A DNA stretch of 64,000 bases, taken from assembly GCF_046119375.1 (NCBI RefSeq), contig NW_027362831.1, forward strand, positions 6,324,001-6,388,000, given 5' to 3'. Source of the DNA: Phyllobates terribilis. Lineage: Eukaryota. Under the pieces are notes generated by a model, which ran no database searches, was not told the DNA's origin, and worked only from the letters and a program-made list of their open reading frames with translations. This document shows positions 50,501 to 63,514 of the stretch, piece by piece (position 1 is the first letter of the stretch; every line of letters begins with the position of its first letter). The position numbers and the translations under genes are program-made.

Positions 50501-53330
50501 TGGAAATTTTAACCCTCAGTGAAATAATCTATAGGAGTAGTGACTATTTTGATTCCCCAGGCACTTTCCGGAAATTAGCACGCAGTGGATGTTGGAGAGT
50601 AAAATGACAAATATATAATTTTATTACCCAACACATAGTGCCCAGATTGTGCTCCAGGAGACACACACCATCAATTAAGTGGGTTCTTCTCACTATGGTA
50701 ATGCCAAATACTTGGATGCTAAATGTGGTTTGGGCGCACTGCAAGGCTCAGAAGTGAGGGGGAGATCTGACTTTGGGAGATCGGATATTGCTGGATTGGT
50801 TTATGGAAGCCATGTTGCTTTTCAAAAGCCCTTGAGCCACTAATAATGTGGAAACCTCTGGTTTTCCATTGACAGATGATGGACCTGAGTGGGGACTTGT
50901 TTTTTGTGAGATGAGTAGAAGTTTTTATTGATATTATTTCACCTACATAACATTGTTTGGTGGCTTTTTATTCCATATTTGGGAGGCAGAATGAACAAAC
51001 AGTTGGACACTACAATCCACTGGTTCATCCTATGAGGTTTTCTATTAGATTGTGAACTGTTATTGTCTTGGTGAATAATGATGGCTAACATAGGGCAAAA
51101 TTTAAAAAAAATCACAGAAAAAGATACAGCCTTACCAACACCAAATCATATAACAAATGCACTAGCTGGATGCCGCAGACCCCCATGATAAAGGTGGGGG
51201 CAGCGCAGGTGCAAAATACTGATGGAGCAACCATTCACAAACCTACCAATTCATGGAGGGGGTGGTTGCCTTGTATTAAAGATGCACACAGATGAAGCTT
51301 GCATAGGACGCCAGTCACACGGGTAGGTTTGATGCACAGTGTCTGGCTTAGGATAGTGATGATGCCCATACTATTACATCAGGAAGGCTGCCCAGCACTA
51401 TATAAGTGCACCCCACATGGACAGACACCCCAGTACACCCAACCAACACTAAAATGCTAATGCATTTGTTATCTGATTTTTTGTTGGTAAGGCTGATTTT
51501 TTCTGTGATATGTTTTCTTGGTAAATAATGATACTTACCAAGTACATTTTTACATAGAGTTTAATTAGGAATATTCAACAATATAAATTTTAAGGATATG
51601 TTATTCATAAATAATAATTGGTTTTATTCTTGGCAGATGACTGTACCAGGAGATCAGAGGGACAGATGACATCTTCAATTTTTAAATCAGATCATCTTGA
51701 GATCCCACAGGATACAATTGAAGTGAATGCCATTACTCCAGATATACCATCATCCCTTCACAGCAAAGATCTGTCATCTGATCCTTTGAAACAGGTCCTG
51801 TCTTCTGATTCATTACTGACTACTAAGGAAAATCAAAGTCACAAAATAAGCATTAAAGAACAAACTGCTCCTAAAGCAGAGAAGCCATTTTCATGTTCAG
51901 AATATGGAAATAGTTTTTCCCTCGAAAAGTCTTTTCTTAAACATCAAAACATTCGCACAGCAGAGAATAGATTTTTTTGTTTCAAGTGTGGGAAATTTTT
52001 TAACCAGAAATCAGATCTTCTTAATCACCAGCGAAGTCACACAGGGGAGAAGCCATTTTCTTGTTCAGAAAGTGGAAAATGTTTTACAGAGAAATCAAGT
52101 TTAATCAAATATCAGAGAACTCACACAGGGGAGAAGCCTTTTTCCTGTTCAGAATGTGGGAAGTGTTTTAACGATGAATCAAATTTTGTTAAGCACCAAA
52201 GAACTCACACAGGGGAGAAGCCTTTTTCCTGTTCAGAATGTGGAAAATGTTTTAGCCAGAAATCAGATTTGGTTAATCACCAGAGAACTCACACAGGGGA
52301 GATGCTTTTTTCCTGTTCAGAATGTGGAAAATGTTTTAGCCGGAAAATAGATTTGGTTGAGCACCAGAGAATTCACACAGGGGAGAAGCCTTTTTCCTGT
52401 TCAGAATGTGGGAAATGTTTTAGCCGGAAATGAGATGTTGTTATACACCAGAGAAATCACACAGGGGAGAAGCCTTTTTTCTGTTCAGAATGTGGAAAAT
52501 GTTTTAGCTGGAAATCAGCTTTTCTTAAGCACCAGAGAATTCAAACAGGGGAGAAACCTTTTTCCTGTTCAGAATGTGGGAAATGTTTTAGCCGGAAATC
52601 AGATTTGGTTAAGCACCAGAGAACTCACACAGGGGAGAAGCCTTTTTTCTGTTCAGAATGTGGAAAATGTTTTTGCTGGAAATCATCTTTTCTTAAGCAC
52701 CAGAGAATCCACACAGGGGAGAAGCCTTTTTCCTGTTCAGAATGTGGGAAATGTTTTAGCCGGAAATCAGATTTGGTTAAGCACCAGAGAATTCACACAG
52801 GGGAGATGCTTTTTTCCTGTTCAGAATGTGTAAAATGTTTTAGCCGGAAAATAGATTTGGTTGAGCACCAGAGAATTCACACAGGGGAGAAGCCTTTTTT
52901 CTGTTCAGAATGTGGAAAATGTTTTAGCCGGAAATCAGATTTGGTTAAGCACCAGAGAATTCACACAGGGGAGAAGCCTTTTTTCTGTTCAGAATGTGGA
53001 AAATGTTTTAGCTGGAAATCAGCTTTTCTTAAGCACCAGAGAATTCACACAGGGGAGAAGCCTTTTTCCTGTTCAGAATGTGGGAAATGTTTTAGCCGGA
53101 AATCAGATTTGGTTAAGCACCAGAGAATTCACACAGGGGAGAAGCCTTTTTTCTGTTCAGAATGTGGAAAATGTTTTAGCTGGAAATCAGCTTTTCTTAA
53201 GCACCAGAGAATTCACACAGGGGAGAAGCCTTTTTCCTGTTCAGAATGTGGGAAATGTTTTGTGAAGAAATCATCATTTCTTAGTCACCAGAGAACTCAC
53301 ACAGACGAGAAGCCATTTTCATGTTCTTAA
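47530..53330 (+). CDS. FAX/KRAB-C2H2 zinc-finger gene, tandem copy 3 (oocyte/gastrula zinc-finger-like), with an in-frame TGA at 52431-52433
   Basis: Exons 47530-47622, 47752-47931, 48015-48138, 48222-48319, 48517-48607 and 51637-53330. About 17 finger units with HTGEKPF linkers. About 460 aa to the premature stop, about 759 codons if the stop is corrected. Confidence 0.85.
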
Positions 53331-53430
53331 TGTGGGAAATGTTTTACACGGAAATCAACTCTTAAACTTCAGAGAAGTCACACTGAGGAGAAGCCTTTTT
53401 CATTTTTAACCAAAAATTGCATCTTCATAA

Positions 53431-53600
53431 AGGGGTTGTCCACTACTAGGACAACTCCTCATTCCTCATGTTTGGCCTTGTTAAAATAAATACACTCATA
53501 CGCACTTCCTGTTCTGGCGCTGTTCCATCGGTGTCACAAATCGCGTTTCCGTAAGGATGTTACATCACACAAGATTGTTACATCACACAATCCTGCTCCC
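53431..53600 (+). mobile_element. Possible Kolobok/T2-type MITE end
   Basis: (a)taa|AGGGGTTGTCC-actacta-GGACAACTCCT terminal hairpin. No right end was found. Confidence 0.4.
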
Positions 53601-56040
53601 CATCATGGCCTGGACATAGCACCAAGAGAACGCACACACTGAGAGTATTCTCTTCAGACCGTGTTCCTGGGGGAATTATAAGCAATTTACAGCCTCAAAC
53701 ATGACGTCCGATATGGAAAAGAAAGAAGAGATCAGAGGTTAATCTGAGGTCCTCCACCTCTGTCAGCATGTCTGGTATGCAGCGTTTCTTATGGAAGGTC
53801 TTATCTTCCTGCTCTGGAGCTATTACTGCCTCACCTCAGTGTGGAAAAAGAAGCAGTCTAAACCCTCATGATGCCAGACAGCTCCAGCCTGTAAGTCCTG
53901 CACCAACTTCTCTCAATGTAGGCCTCACAAGAAAACAGCTCCACAAATCTCCCTGTACTCTCACCAAAGCCCCCATGCTGAGCAATGCTTGCTTCACAGG
54001 GACATTTACCCCCCAGCCACAGGTTATTCTGATATGGGGAACAACATAACTTATTTGTATATCAGATTGCGTCTATCCCTACTAAAGAAGATATAGAGCA
54101 ATATATTCAGAGGCTGGAGACCACATACAATACTGAAATACGTCCCCTCACTTCTATCCTGTCACAGCTTACTGACAAGGTACAGAGATTAGAGGATAAT
54201 GTCATCCAAGTTAGAGGCCATCATAATGCTCAGAAACTAACACTGGATCTTCACAGCCAGCAAATAAACCATCTGTTTAATATGGTTGATGAGCAATAAA
54301 TTCACAATAATATCTGGATAAGGGGTGTACCTGAAAGCATCAATGCACAAGTGATTATGCCAACACTGCGATCATTATTCAATAATATTCTTGGTGATCC
54401 TATTGATAAGGAGGTGGAGATTTATAAGGCGCACCGTACAATAGGCAATCATGGCCCAGATCCTGAGAGTCCAAGGGACATTATCTGTCGCATACATTTT
54501 TTCAATGTAAAAGAGGCCATTGTGAGGAAAGCAGAGGAGTTGGATCCTGGTGATTTCAATGGAAAACGCATATAATTGCTCACATATCTATCCTGAATGA
54601 CACTTGCTAAAAGAAGGGTATTGAAACCACTACTTGATGCCATCCGGGAAAATGGCCTGATGTACTCCTGGGGGTACCCATTCCAGCTGTATATTTTCAA
54701 AGATCCAAGCAACATGAGACCTATTTGTGATGCCCTGGACATTCCATATATCTGACTGGCCACCTGCTCCACCATTGCCACAGAGAGTTCCAGCACGTCA
54801 CAGAAGGCGTTCAGTGGATCAGGAACTTGATGGTGATGCAGCCAGATGGGAAAGGAACCAGACAATCATATGAGCTCCTGAAATGAATCTTGTCTTCCCT
54901 GATGAGAGACAGTTTGCAGATGCTTACTTATTTCTTTAAGCATATAATTAGATATATCTAAATAGAGCATTAGGTGCCACTCTTCCACTATATAGAATGT
55001 CTAAGTTCATATAAGATCTTAGACCGGCATATAAGTTGAGTTCACATGATATTACTGTAATATCAGGCTGTATTACATTACTTGCTTTATATTCCATGGT
55101 TCCCCCTAATAGGAATCCTAGAACTGAAAGTTTGACTTACGCCTGTAGAGACAGCCCCCAGTTAGGGACTTGCATTGGGATCTGCTTGTTTCACAATTTC
55201 CTACTGTTTTGATATATTCATAATCTATACTTATTAAACACTGAGAGGTAGACGTTACTATCTACCGTCTATACTTCCTCTTTTCTCTTAATCTTTCTCT
55301 CTTCCATTCCTCCTTTTTTTCATATAATATGGCACAACTCAAACCTTGCGCATTGAATGTCAGAGGACTTAATGTTCCAGAGAAAGGAGCTCAAGTGTTT
55401 TATCGTAGGCATAAACAGCACGTACATTTTCTCTTTCTTCAGGAGTCACACTTTAGAGGCGATCATATACTGTACCTCAGTTTACTAATAGATATTATTC
55501 ATCTTGGCGTCCCAGAAAAATGCAGTTTTGAAGTCTATGGTGCTGAGTATAGGCCACCACAGATCACTGCTGCATACTATTGTAGAAACACTGTCTGACA
55601 CGGAGAGGAGGTACGTGTTTGTTAAGATCTCCATCTACTCCAAAATTTTGACTTTTGAAAACTTTTATCTCCCTAATTGTGACCAAATTAAGACATGTCG
55701 TCATTACTTAAACAAACTAAAATATTTTGCGGAGGACCTTATGATCTTGTAGGTGACTTTAATTTTGTCTTGGATCCTTCTTTAGACGCGTCCCGGGGCT
55801 GGAGTCACCAATCTAAAACACAAACAAAAGCTTTGCTAATTGTGCTTTGGTCTCAACCGGGCGATGTATGGAGAATACTACGGTACATCCAGACATAAAG
55901 GATTATACCTATTATACTCCTTTACACAATATGCATAGCCATATAGTCCTTTTCTTAATTAGCCGTCACTTGCCTACATGGCAACCTACATCTCAGGTAG
56001 GAACTGCTGTATGGTCAGATCATGCTCTTGTATATTGTAA

Positions 56041-58267
56041 CTAGCTATTGAACCCGTTCTATGCCCGGGTGGCGAGCATTTTTATTGGTATATAGTCTCC
56101 CATGCGGGTATGTGCTGCCCCCCTCCTGGTATTTCTGCTGCCCCCACCATCCTATCCCGGTATGCATGGCACCCCTCATCCCCATCCTAGTATGCATGGC
56201 ACCCCTCATCCCCATCCTGGTATGCATGACACCCCTCATTCCCAATCCTGTTATGCATAGCACCCCTCATTCCCAATCCTGTTATGCATAGCACCCCTCA
56301 CCCCCAATCCTGGTATGCATGGCACCCCTCATCCCCAATCCTGGTATGCATGGCACCTCTCATCCCCAATCTTGGTATGCATGGCACCTCTCATTCCAAA
56401 TCTGGTGTACATTGCACCCCTCATCCCAATCCTGATATGTATGGTACCAAATCCCTCATCCTGGTATGCATGGCACCACTCATCCCCCAATCCTGGTATG
56501 CATGGCACCCCATCACTCATCCTGGTATGAATGGTACCCCTCATCCCTATCCTGGTATGTATGGCACCCCTCATCCCCCAATCCTGGTATGTATGGCCTC
56601 CTCATCCCCCAATCCTGGTATGCATGGCACCCCTCATTCCAAATCTGGTATACATTGCACCCCTCATCCCAATCCTGGTATGTATGTTACCAAATCCCTC
56701 ATCCTGGTATGCATGGCACCACTCATCCCCCAATCCTGGTATGCATGTCACCCCATCCCTCTTCCTGGTATGCATGGCACCCCATCCCTCTTCCTGGTAT
56801 GCATGGTGCCCCTCATTCCTATCCTGGTATGCATGGTACCCCTCATCCCTATCCTGGTATGTATGGTACCACTCGTCCTGGTATGCATGGCACCCCATCC
56901 CTCATTCTGGTATACATGGCACCCCTCATCCCAATTATGGTATGTATGGCCTCCTCATCTCAGAAACCGGGTATGCATGGCACCAAATCGCTCATCCTGC
57001 TATGCAATGCATGCCTCATCCCCAATACTGGTATATATGGCACCCAATCCCCTATCCTAGTGCGTATGGCACCCCTCATCCCTATACTGGTATGCATGGT
57101 ACCCCTCATCCCTATCCTGGTATGCATGGTACCCCGCATTCCTATCCTGGTATGTAGGGTACCCCTCATCCCTATCCTGGTATGCATGACACCCCATCCC
57201 TCATCCTGGTATACATGGCACCCCTCATCCCAATTCTGGTATGTATGGCCTCCTCATCCCAGAAACCTGGTATGCATGGCACCCAATTCCTCATCCTGGT
57301 ATGCAGGGCACGCCTCATCCCCAATCATGGTATATATGGCTCCCTCATCCCTATCCTGGTATGCATGGCGCCCTATCCCCTATCCTGGTATGTATGACAC
57401 CCCTCATCCCCATACTGGTATGCATGGTACCCCTCATCCTTATTCTGGTATGCATGGTACCCTTCATCCTGGTATGCATGGTACCCCACATTTCTATCCT
57501 GGTATGCATGGTATCCCGCATTCCTATCCTGGTATGTAGGGTACCCCTCGTCCCTATCCTGGTATGCATGGTACCCCATCCCTATCCTGGTATGTATGGT
57601 ACCCCTCATCCCTATTCTGGTATGCATGGCACCCCTCACCCACCAATCCTTGTATGCATGGCACTCCTCATCCCTATACTGGTATGTATGGCACCCCTCA
57701 CCCCTCCAATCCTGGTATGCATGGTACCCCTCATCCCCCAATCCTGGTATGCTTGGTACCCCTCATCCCCCAATCCTGATATGTGTGGCCCCATCACCCC
57801 CCAATCCTGGTATGTATGCCACCCCTCATCCCTTTCACGCTGCACACATACAAAAAAATAAACACTTAATCTTACCTTTCTTCCCCGTGCTCCAGCGCTG
57901 AAGTGTTCTGTTCTGCTGGAGGCTGGGGAAGGAGTGCGGCTCCGGAGTACGCACATGCCCATACCGCGCTGTCCGGCGCCATTTTGCTGAAGACACACTG
58001 CAAATGTGTCTTCAGTAAAATGGCGTCGGATAGCGCTACGTGCATGTGCTGATTCCGACACCTTCACTCCTGCCCCAGTCTCCGGCGAAGAGAGGCGATG
58101 CGGCAATGCTCCTTCCAGTCAGGTAAGTATGGCGCCGGGAGATCGCAGTATGCGTTCAGTGTCTACGCATACGGTGATCTCTGGCGCCATACACACTCCT
58201 CTTACCTGTAACGGCACAGTCTATAAAGGCTTCAGACAGAGACATGCATCTCCCGTTATATTATAGA
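56041..58267 (-). mobile_element. Non-autonomous Helitron carrying a minisatellite (2227 bp)
   Basis: The minus strand starts TCTATAATATAACGG and ends with hairpin ACCCG-N9-CGGGT, 7 nt, then CTAG. It sits between host A (56040) and T (58268) with no TSD. Removing it restores L1 codons V-Y-C-N-L-T-M. Confidence 0.88.
56150..57830. repeat. About 30-33-bp minisatellite inside the Helitron
   Basis: Unit resembling tggtatgcatggcacccctcatccctatcc. It is the source of the spurious PHPYPGMHGT and ILVCMAPLIP ORFs. Confidence 0.95.
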
Positions 58268-58598
58268 TCTGACTATGCCGGACTCCACCAAGGCTTCAGA
58301 TGTTGGAACCTAAATGATAATCTGCTGAAAGACTCACTCTGTGTCTCAGACCTTCATGAGACTATAGACTCCTTCAAATATATGAGCATGATGAAACTGC
58401 CTTACCATTTAAATGGGAAGCACTCACATGCGTCCTCAGAGGGATAATAATAAAACATAGATAAAGGCTAAAAAAAGGAGAGAACAGCTAAAGTCTCCCA
58501 TTTGCTTGAGCGGATTGATCTACTTGACAAACAACATAAACGATGTGCTTCCCTCCAGGTATATGTAGACCTGCTTAACGCTAGAAGGGAGCTAAAGT

Positions 58599-59944
58599 AG
58601 TTTCATGGATGGGATAAATATTGTGGTATTTCAGGGCACCTACTTATGGAAGGAACCAAGTGGAAGCTTCCATTCTCGGTACTAGATATGGGGCTTCCTC
58701 GAGAAAATAACTTAAAATGTCGTACACTAAAGTTAATATATAAAGTGTGGGATAGGAGTAAAAATATTCTGGGGATTGGAAAGTACACAAATTATACTCC
58801 TTTATGGCACAACTATAACTTACCAGAGCTACAGAAACTAAAAAATGTTAGTGAGTGGGAGGATAGGGGTACTAGACTAAACGCCATACTGATTGATAGA
58901 CATCACCCAATAGATACCATTGCTAAAGCAGTGGATACAAAAGGTCTATTAACCTTTATTTATAGGCAGTTACTGGCCCTACATTTGGATAATATTGATA
59001 GTTAAGACAAAATGGGAGGAGGATGTGGGTCCATTATCTGAGGAGAAGGGGAAATACTGGATTTGACACCGACACTTTCATTGTCAGAGTCACAAAGATT
59101 GTCCCGAATTCTTCTCATTCATAGGGTATATAGATCCCCAAGTATTTTATTTAAAATTGAAATACAAACGGATTACACATGTCCTAGATGTGGTCAAAAT
59201 GACGCCCACCTGATGCATATGATGTGGGAATATTGGCGACTACTGGAAGGGTGTGATCGTTCTTGTACTATCTGTATTTGGGATACTACTTCAGTTGGAA
59301 CCTAAAATCTGTATCCTAGGACTCCTGGGAGAGGACGTAGACCCAGACTCCCATATGGCAGTAGCTAGCTCAAGAATATTATTCCAAGCCAGAAAGTTGT
59401 TGGCACTACATTGGATAGACAATTCTCCCCCAACGATAACAGAACTAAAATCCAGGATAAATAACACTCTATGCTTGGAAAGGGGATCTTATATTAAAGG
59501 AACGCTCTCAAGAAATTCATACAAATATGGGAGCAATGGTTAATTACCCCAGGTATTGCTTCAAAGAACCTTCTCAGAAATACTATACTGGATCGTTTGT
59601 CCATTTCCTTACAGTAAACCAGGAATTTATATCCTTATACCCAAGGTGTCAGCAAATAATTGTCTCCGTCCACACAATTGCCCCTTCTTAGATATATTCT
59701 TTTTCTTTTGATGTCTCAATAGGAAAAAAATAAGCAGTCAGGAAGTATTCAGATATTTATGCACAAATTACTGTTCCAAAACTTTGTACTATAGAGCGAT
59801 ATTGGGATTTATATCATTGTAAACCGGTTCTTGTATTGTTACTGGTTTTTCTTTTTCTTTTTTTTTGTCACAAAGTTTATTTAAAAAAAAGAAAATGTTG
59901 GTTTTTCTTTGTTTTGTAAAATAAAAATGATCTGATTGAAAAAA
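58599..59944 (+). mobile_element. 5'-truncated L1 3' end nested in the first L1 ORF2
   Basis: TPLWHN, CPRCGQNDAHLMHMMW and ARKLLALHW (ORF2 C-terminus); T-rich 3' UTR; AATAAA then an A-tail. Degenerate 16-bp TSD agaagggagctaaagt (58583-58598) / agaaaggagggaaggt (59945-59960). Confidence 0.7.
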
Positions 59945-61761
59945 AGAAAGGAGGGAAGGTCTTTACTAGATCAAACGTATACAAAATGACAAGATCACAT
60001 GTGAAGATACTCCTACGAAGTCGCAAATAAATGTGGTTGCTCATTGACAAGGTTACATCCACACGTGTAAAGGACATACGTATCCAAAATAAAAGGGGCA
60101 CCCGGGCCAGAAATTCATAACCCCATTGACATAGCGGAAGCATTTAGTTTCTTTTATAGTTCACTATATAATATTCATGGACAATACCACGACATGCCAC
60201 CTAATATTCTTGAAACTAAAAATGACAAATATATTATGGACACTGCCGTTCCTTCCTTACAGACCCCTGAGCAGGAGATACTAGACAAAGCTTTCACTGA
60301 ACAAGAGATAGGAGAGGCCAATAAATCATTCCCTATCGGGAAGAGCCTTGGGCCAGATGGATTTAGTAATAGATTTTATGAGATGTTTTCCCCCCAATTA
60401 TTACCATTTTTAGCCAAAGTGTTCGATAATATCTCAGAAGACTCCCCCTTTTGCCCCCCAATTACTTAAGGCTCATATAATGGTTTTATCAAAGTCTGGA
60501 AAAGGACCAAATACCTGCCCTAATATTCATCCAATATCATTAAATAATGTAGACGTCAAAATATTCTCTAAAGTGATTACAACAAGGCTCTCCCACTATC
60601 TACCCTCAATTGTCAGGAACGATCAGGTTGGCTTCATTAAGGGCAGAGAAGCTCGTGATAATAAAAATAAAACGTTAATTTCACATGCAAAAAACAGGGG
60701 CTCCCAATGTGCCTTGTTTCTGCCTACGCTAAAAAAGCGTTCGACACAGTGCATTGGACTTTCTTGAAGAGCACCCTACCACAAATTAGGTTGGACTCTT
60801 TCTTGTTATCTAAATTTCTATCCTTCTACACTGACCCTAAAGCGATAGGGTAAACGGCCTACTATCTGACACATTTTCTATTAAAAAGGGGACGAGACAA
60901 GGGTGTCCCTTATCACCTCTCCTATACACATTGGTGATGGAACATTTTGCGGTAGCATTACAAAAAAATCCAGATATTAGTGGAGTTACTATAGGCTCCC
61001 ATCACTATAAACTAGCTCTATACGCAGATGACTTGTTGCTCTATTTTCAAACCCAATGATCTCATTTCCCTCTATAATAAAGGAATTCGAATAACTCGGC
61101 CATGTAAGCAATTTTAAAGTCAACTACTCTAAAACAGAAGCCATGAACATAACTTTTAACCCTGAACTGACACAATAATTTCTAACTTCCCCTTTAAGTG
61201 TCAGAAAGACACAATTAAGTACCTGAGTATACAAATTCTGGGGAACTTGGATGATCTGTATCTTTTAAATTATATCCCCCATCCTTGAACAAATGGTTAA
61301 AAATCAAATGAATTATAACTTGAAACCCTAGTCCTAGTTTGGTTGTATTAGTCCGATCAAAATGGACATTTTACCAGATCTTCTTTATATATTTCAGACC
61401 GTTCCGGTCTGCGTTCCTCAGACCTTTTTCTCCCGTCTCAACAATTCTAACAGCAAGTTTGTATGGGGAACATCGAGGCCTAGGATACGTGTTACAATAT
61501 TGTGAAGAAACAGGAGGGAGGGTTAGGGAGCTACAACGCTGAATCCAAACAGAGTGAAGATAGTCCACTGAAGGGTGCCGGTCCCGCTGGTGAGCACAGA
61601 CATATGAAGAAAACGAAAAGGAGAAAATCAGCACTCCAACAGGTAAAATATGAGAAAAATGTATTGGATCATTTAAAAAAAAACAAAAAATGTAAAATTC
61701 TTACGCGTTTCTGGCGCTAGGGTTGCGCCCTTAGTTATAGCAGATGAGAAAAGGACAATGG

Positions 61762-61768
<7 letters not shown>

Positions 61769-61796
<28 letters not shown>
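61769..61796. repeat. (TA)n microsatellite
   Basis: A run of TA dinucleotides. Confidence 0.95.
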
Positions 61797-61798
<2 letters not shown>

Positions 61799-62625
61799 AG
61801 CACAATGGAGTCACATGACACGAAATGAGAAATCAATTAGACATGCAAAAGGTGTGAAGAAAATCCCGGACACAGTTCACATTGAAGGCAACGAGATCAA
61901 ATACAGACAAGGTGATCATTGCAAGCATCACACAACAAGCCAGAAATGCAAAACACCATGATGGTGAAAAATAAGATAGAATTAGACCTCATGCTCTTAT
62001 TGATGCATATCCGTATCCCCCTCTGTATATAAACTGTTTATTGCAGGACATTTGTGTGAAGACCACCGGTGTTAGCTGCCAGGGGATTATCCCATATAGG
62101 AACACAACACCGGGATTAAGTGTACAGGTGTGAGATCACAGGGTCCGAACATCGCAAATGCCATCAACTATAGCAACGGAAGGTGGGGGGATATACTGAT
62201 TATAGAGGGACAGGAACATGTATGCATGAGATGGATGATAGATTCAGTATAGAGCATCGCAATAACAATGTCCAATAAACAGATAAAAAGCATCAATGTC
62301 TAAATTGTGAATAGAAATATTGTTCTTATCGATCTGACACACGTAAAAATATAATATAAAATAATATGCACAATAACCAATATGGAGAAACTATAAACCT
62401 ATAACAATGAACATATAAAGGGGAAAAAAAATATGCAAATCAAAATTGATTATATAGTAGAAGATTTACAAGGAAATCCACCTGCATCTGATCTGGTGCA
62501 AAGTATAATATCCTGGCAAAGGATCATAGAGCCGCAGATATACCGAGCATTATCAGTCATATCAACGGGAGGCAAATAGATGCATCATTGTAAAACAGAC
62601 GAGAACAAGTACAGAACACTGGTGA

Positions 62626-62723
62626 GATTACTGTGGAGCATTGTAATGGCGAATCAGATTACTGTGGAGCATTGTAATGGCGAATCAGATTACTGTGGAG
62701 CATTGTAATGGCGAATCAGATTA
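62626..62723. repeat. 31-bp tandem repeat x3
   Basis: gattactgtggagcattgtaatggcgaatca repeated three times plus a partial unit. Confidence 0.95.
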
Positions 62724-63514
62724 GATGGAGCGTACAAATCCATGATATCCAAGTGCTGGATGTATAACAGATCAATGGCAATGGGAGACGTCTGCATAGA
62801 GTCTGATGGAGAACCTGATCATGAGGCTATAGATGGAGCAAGCATTTCTATCTGTATCAACGAAAAACAGGTAATTACATTATAATAAAACTGACAAAAA
62901 CAAATATCTGATGCAGAACTGAATCGTGAAGCTGTGGATGTAGCGGGAATTTCTATCAACGAAAAACAAATCATTGGATTATATTGCGAAAAAACTGACA
63001 AAAATAAATATATGAGAAATGGAAGATAAATAAGCTGCAGAACATTGCAATGGAAATACTCCGTCATTGCTGAAAAATCTATAAGATATTTGCATCATTT
63101 ATGTGCGTTCTGCGAAGATGAATCAGCGATGATAGCGCAATATACAGAAAGGCAAATAAGTACACCGGCAAATAATAACCAGAAAAACACAAAATAAATT
63201 CAGAAAACCTGGAATGTCACCATATAGATGTCTGCTGGGAATAAACCAGTATGAATTTCATCAATAGATGTAAAACAGGTCATTGCGGAAATTCATTACC
63301 CGAAGGGTATTTGGTATTTACACGTCAGATCCAGAAGGCTTCACGCATATTAAGGGGTTTCTGTCTGTTTCCACCCCTTACCGGATAATTAACTTTTTCA
63401 AGACCAAAGAAAGAACAATGTGTGAGATCATTATTCTGTATGGACACAATGTTTTGATGTCCCGGAGTATGTGCTATTAGAACTGTTGATATATGAAATC
63501 TGCTCCGGTGCTCT

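Larger units (their letters stand above)
53640..61530 (+). mobile_element. L1 LINE (ORF1 + ORF2), decayed, interrupted by a Helitron and by a second L1, 3'-truncated
   Basis: ORF1 remnants (IWIRGVPE, DIICRIHFFNVKEAI). ORF2 from 55329 (ALNVRGLN, FLQESH, DFNFVLD, WSDHALV). RT at 59945-61530 (GPDGF, PISLNNVDVKIFSK, DQVGF, RQGCPLSP, LYADDLL). Confidence 0.88.
61640..63510 (-). mobile_element. Penelope-like element 3' part: GIY-YIG C-terminus plus T-rich pseudo-LTR
   Basis: Minus-strand translation near 63290-63500 reads SGTSKHCVH...GLEKVNYPVRGGNRQKPLNMREAFWI*RVNTKYPSG-NE. A hammerhead relic lies at 61701-61740. The left limit is approximate. Confidence 0.75.

Noticed and set aside
52431-52433. 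Selenocysteine or programmed read-through of the TGA in the finger array
   Set aside because: The position corresponds to Ser (TCA) in sister fingers and no SECIS was identified; a simple C>G nonsense change explains it.
51904-53265. Alternative-frame ORFs with [12 protein letters not shown] repeats
   Set aside because: This is the predictable shifted frame of repetitive C2H2 linkers.
56045-57901. Long Pro/His/Met-rich ORFs
   Set aside because: Artefacts of the Helitron-internal minisatellite.
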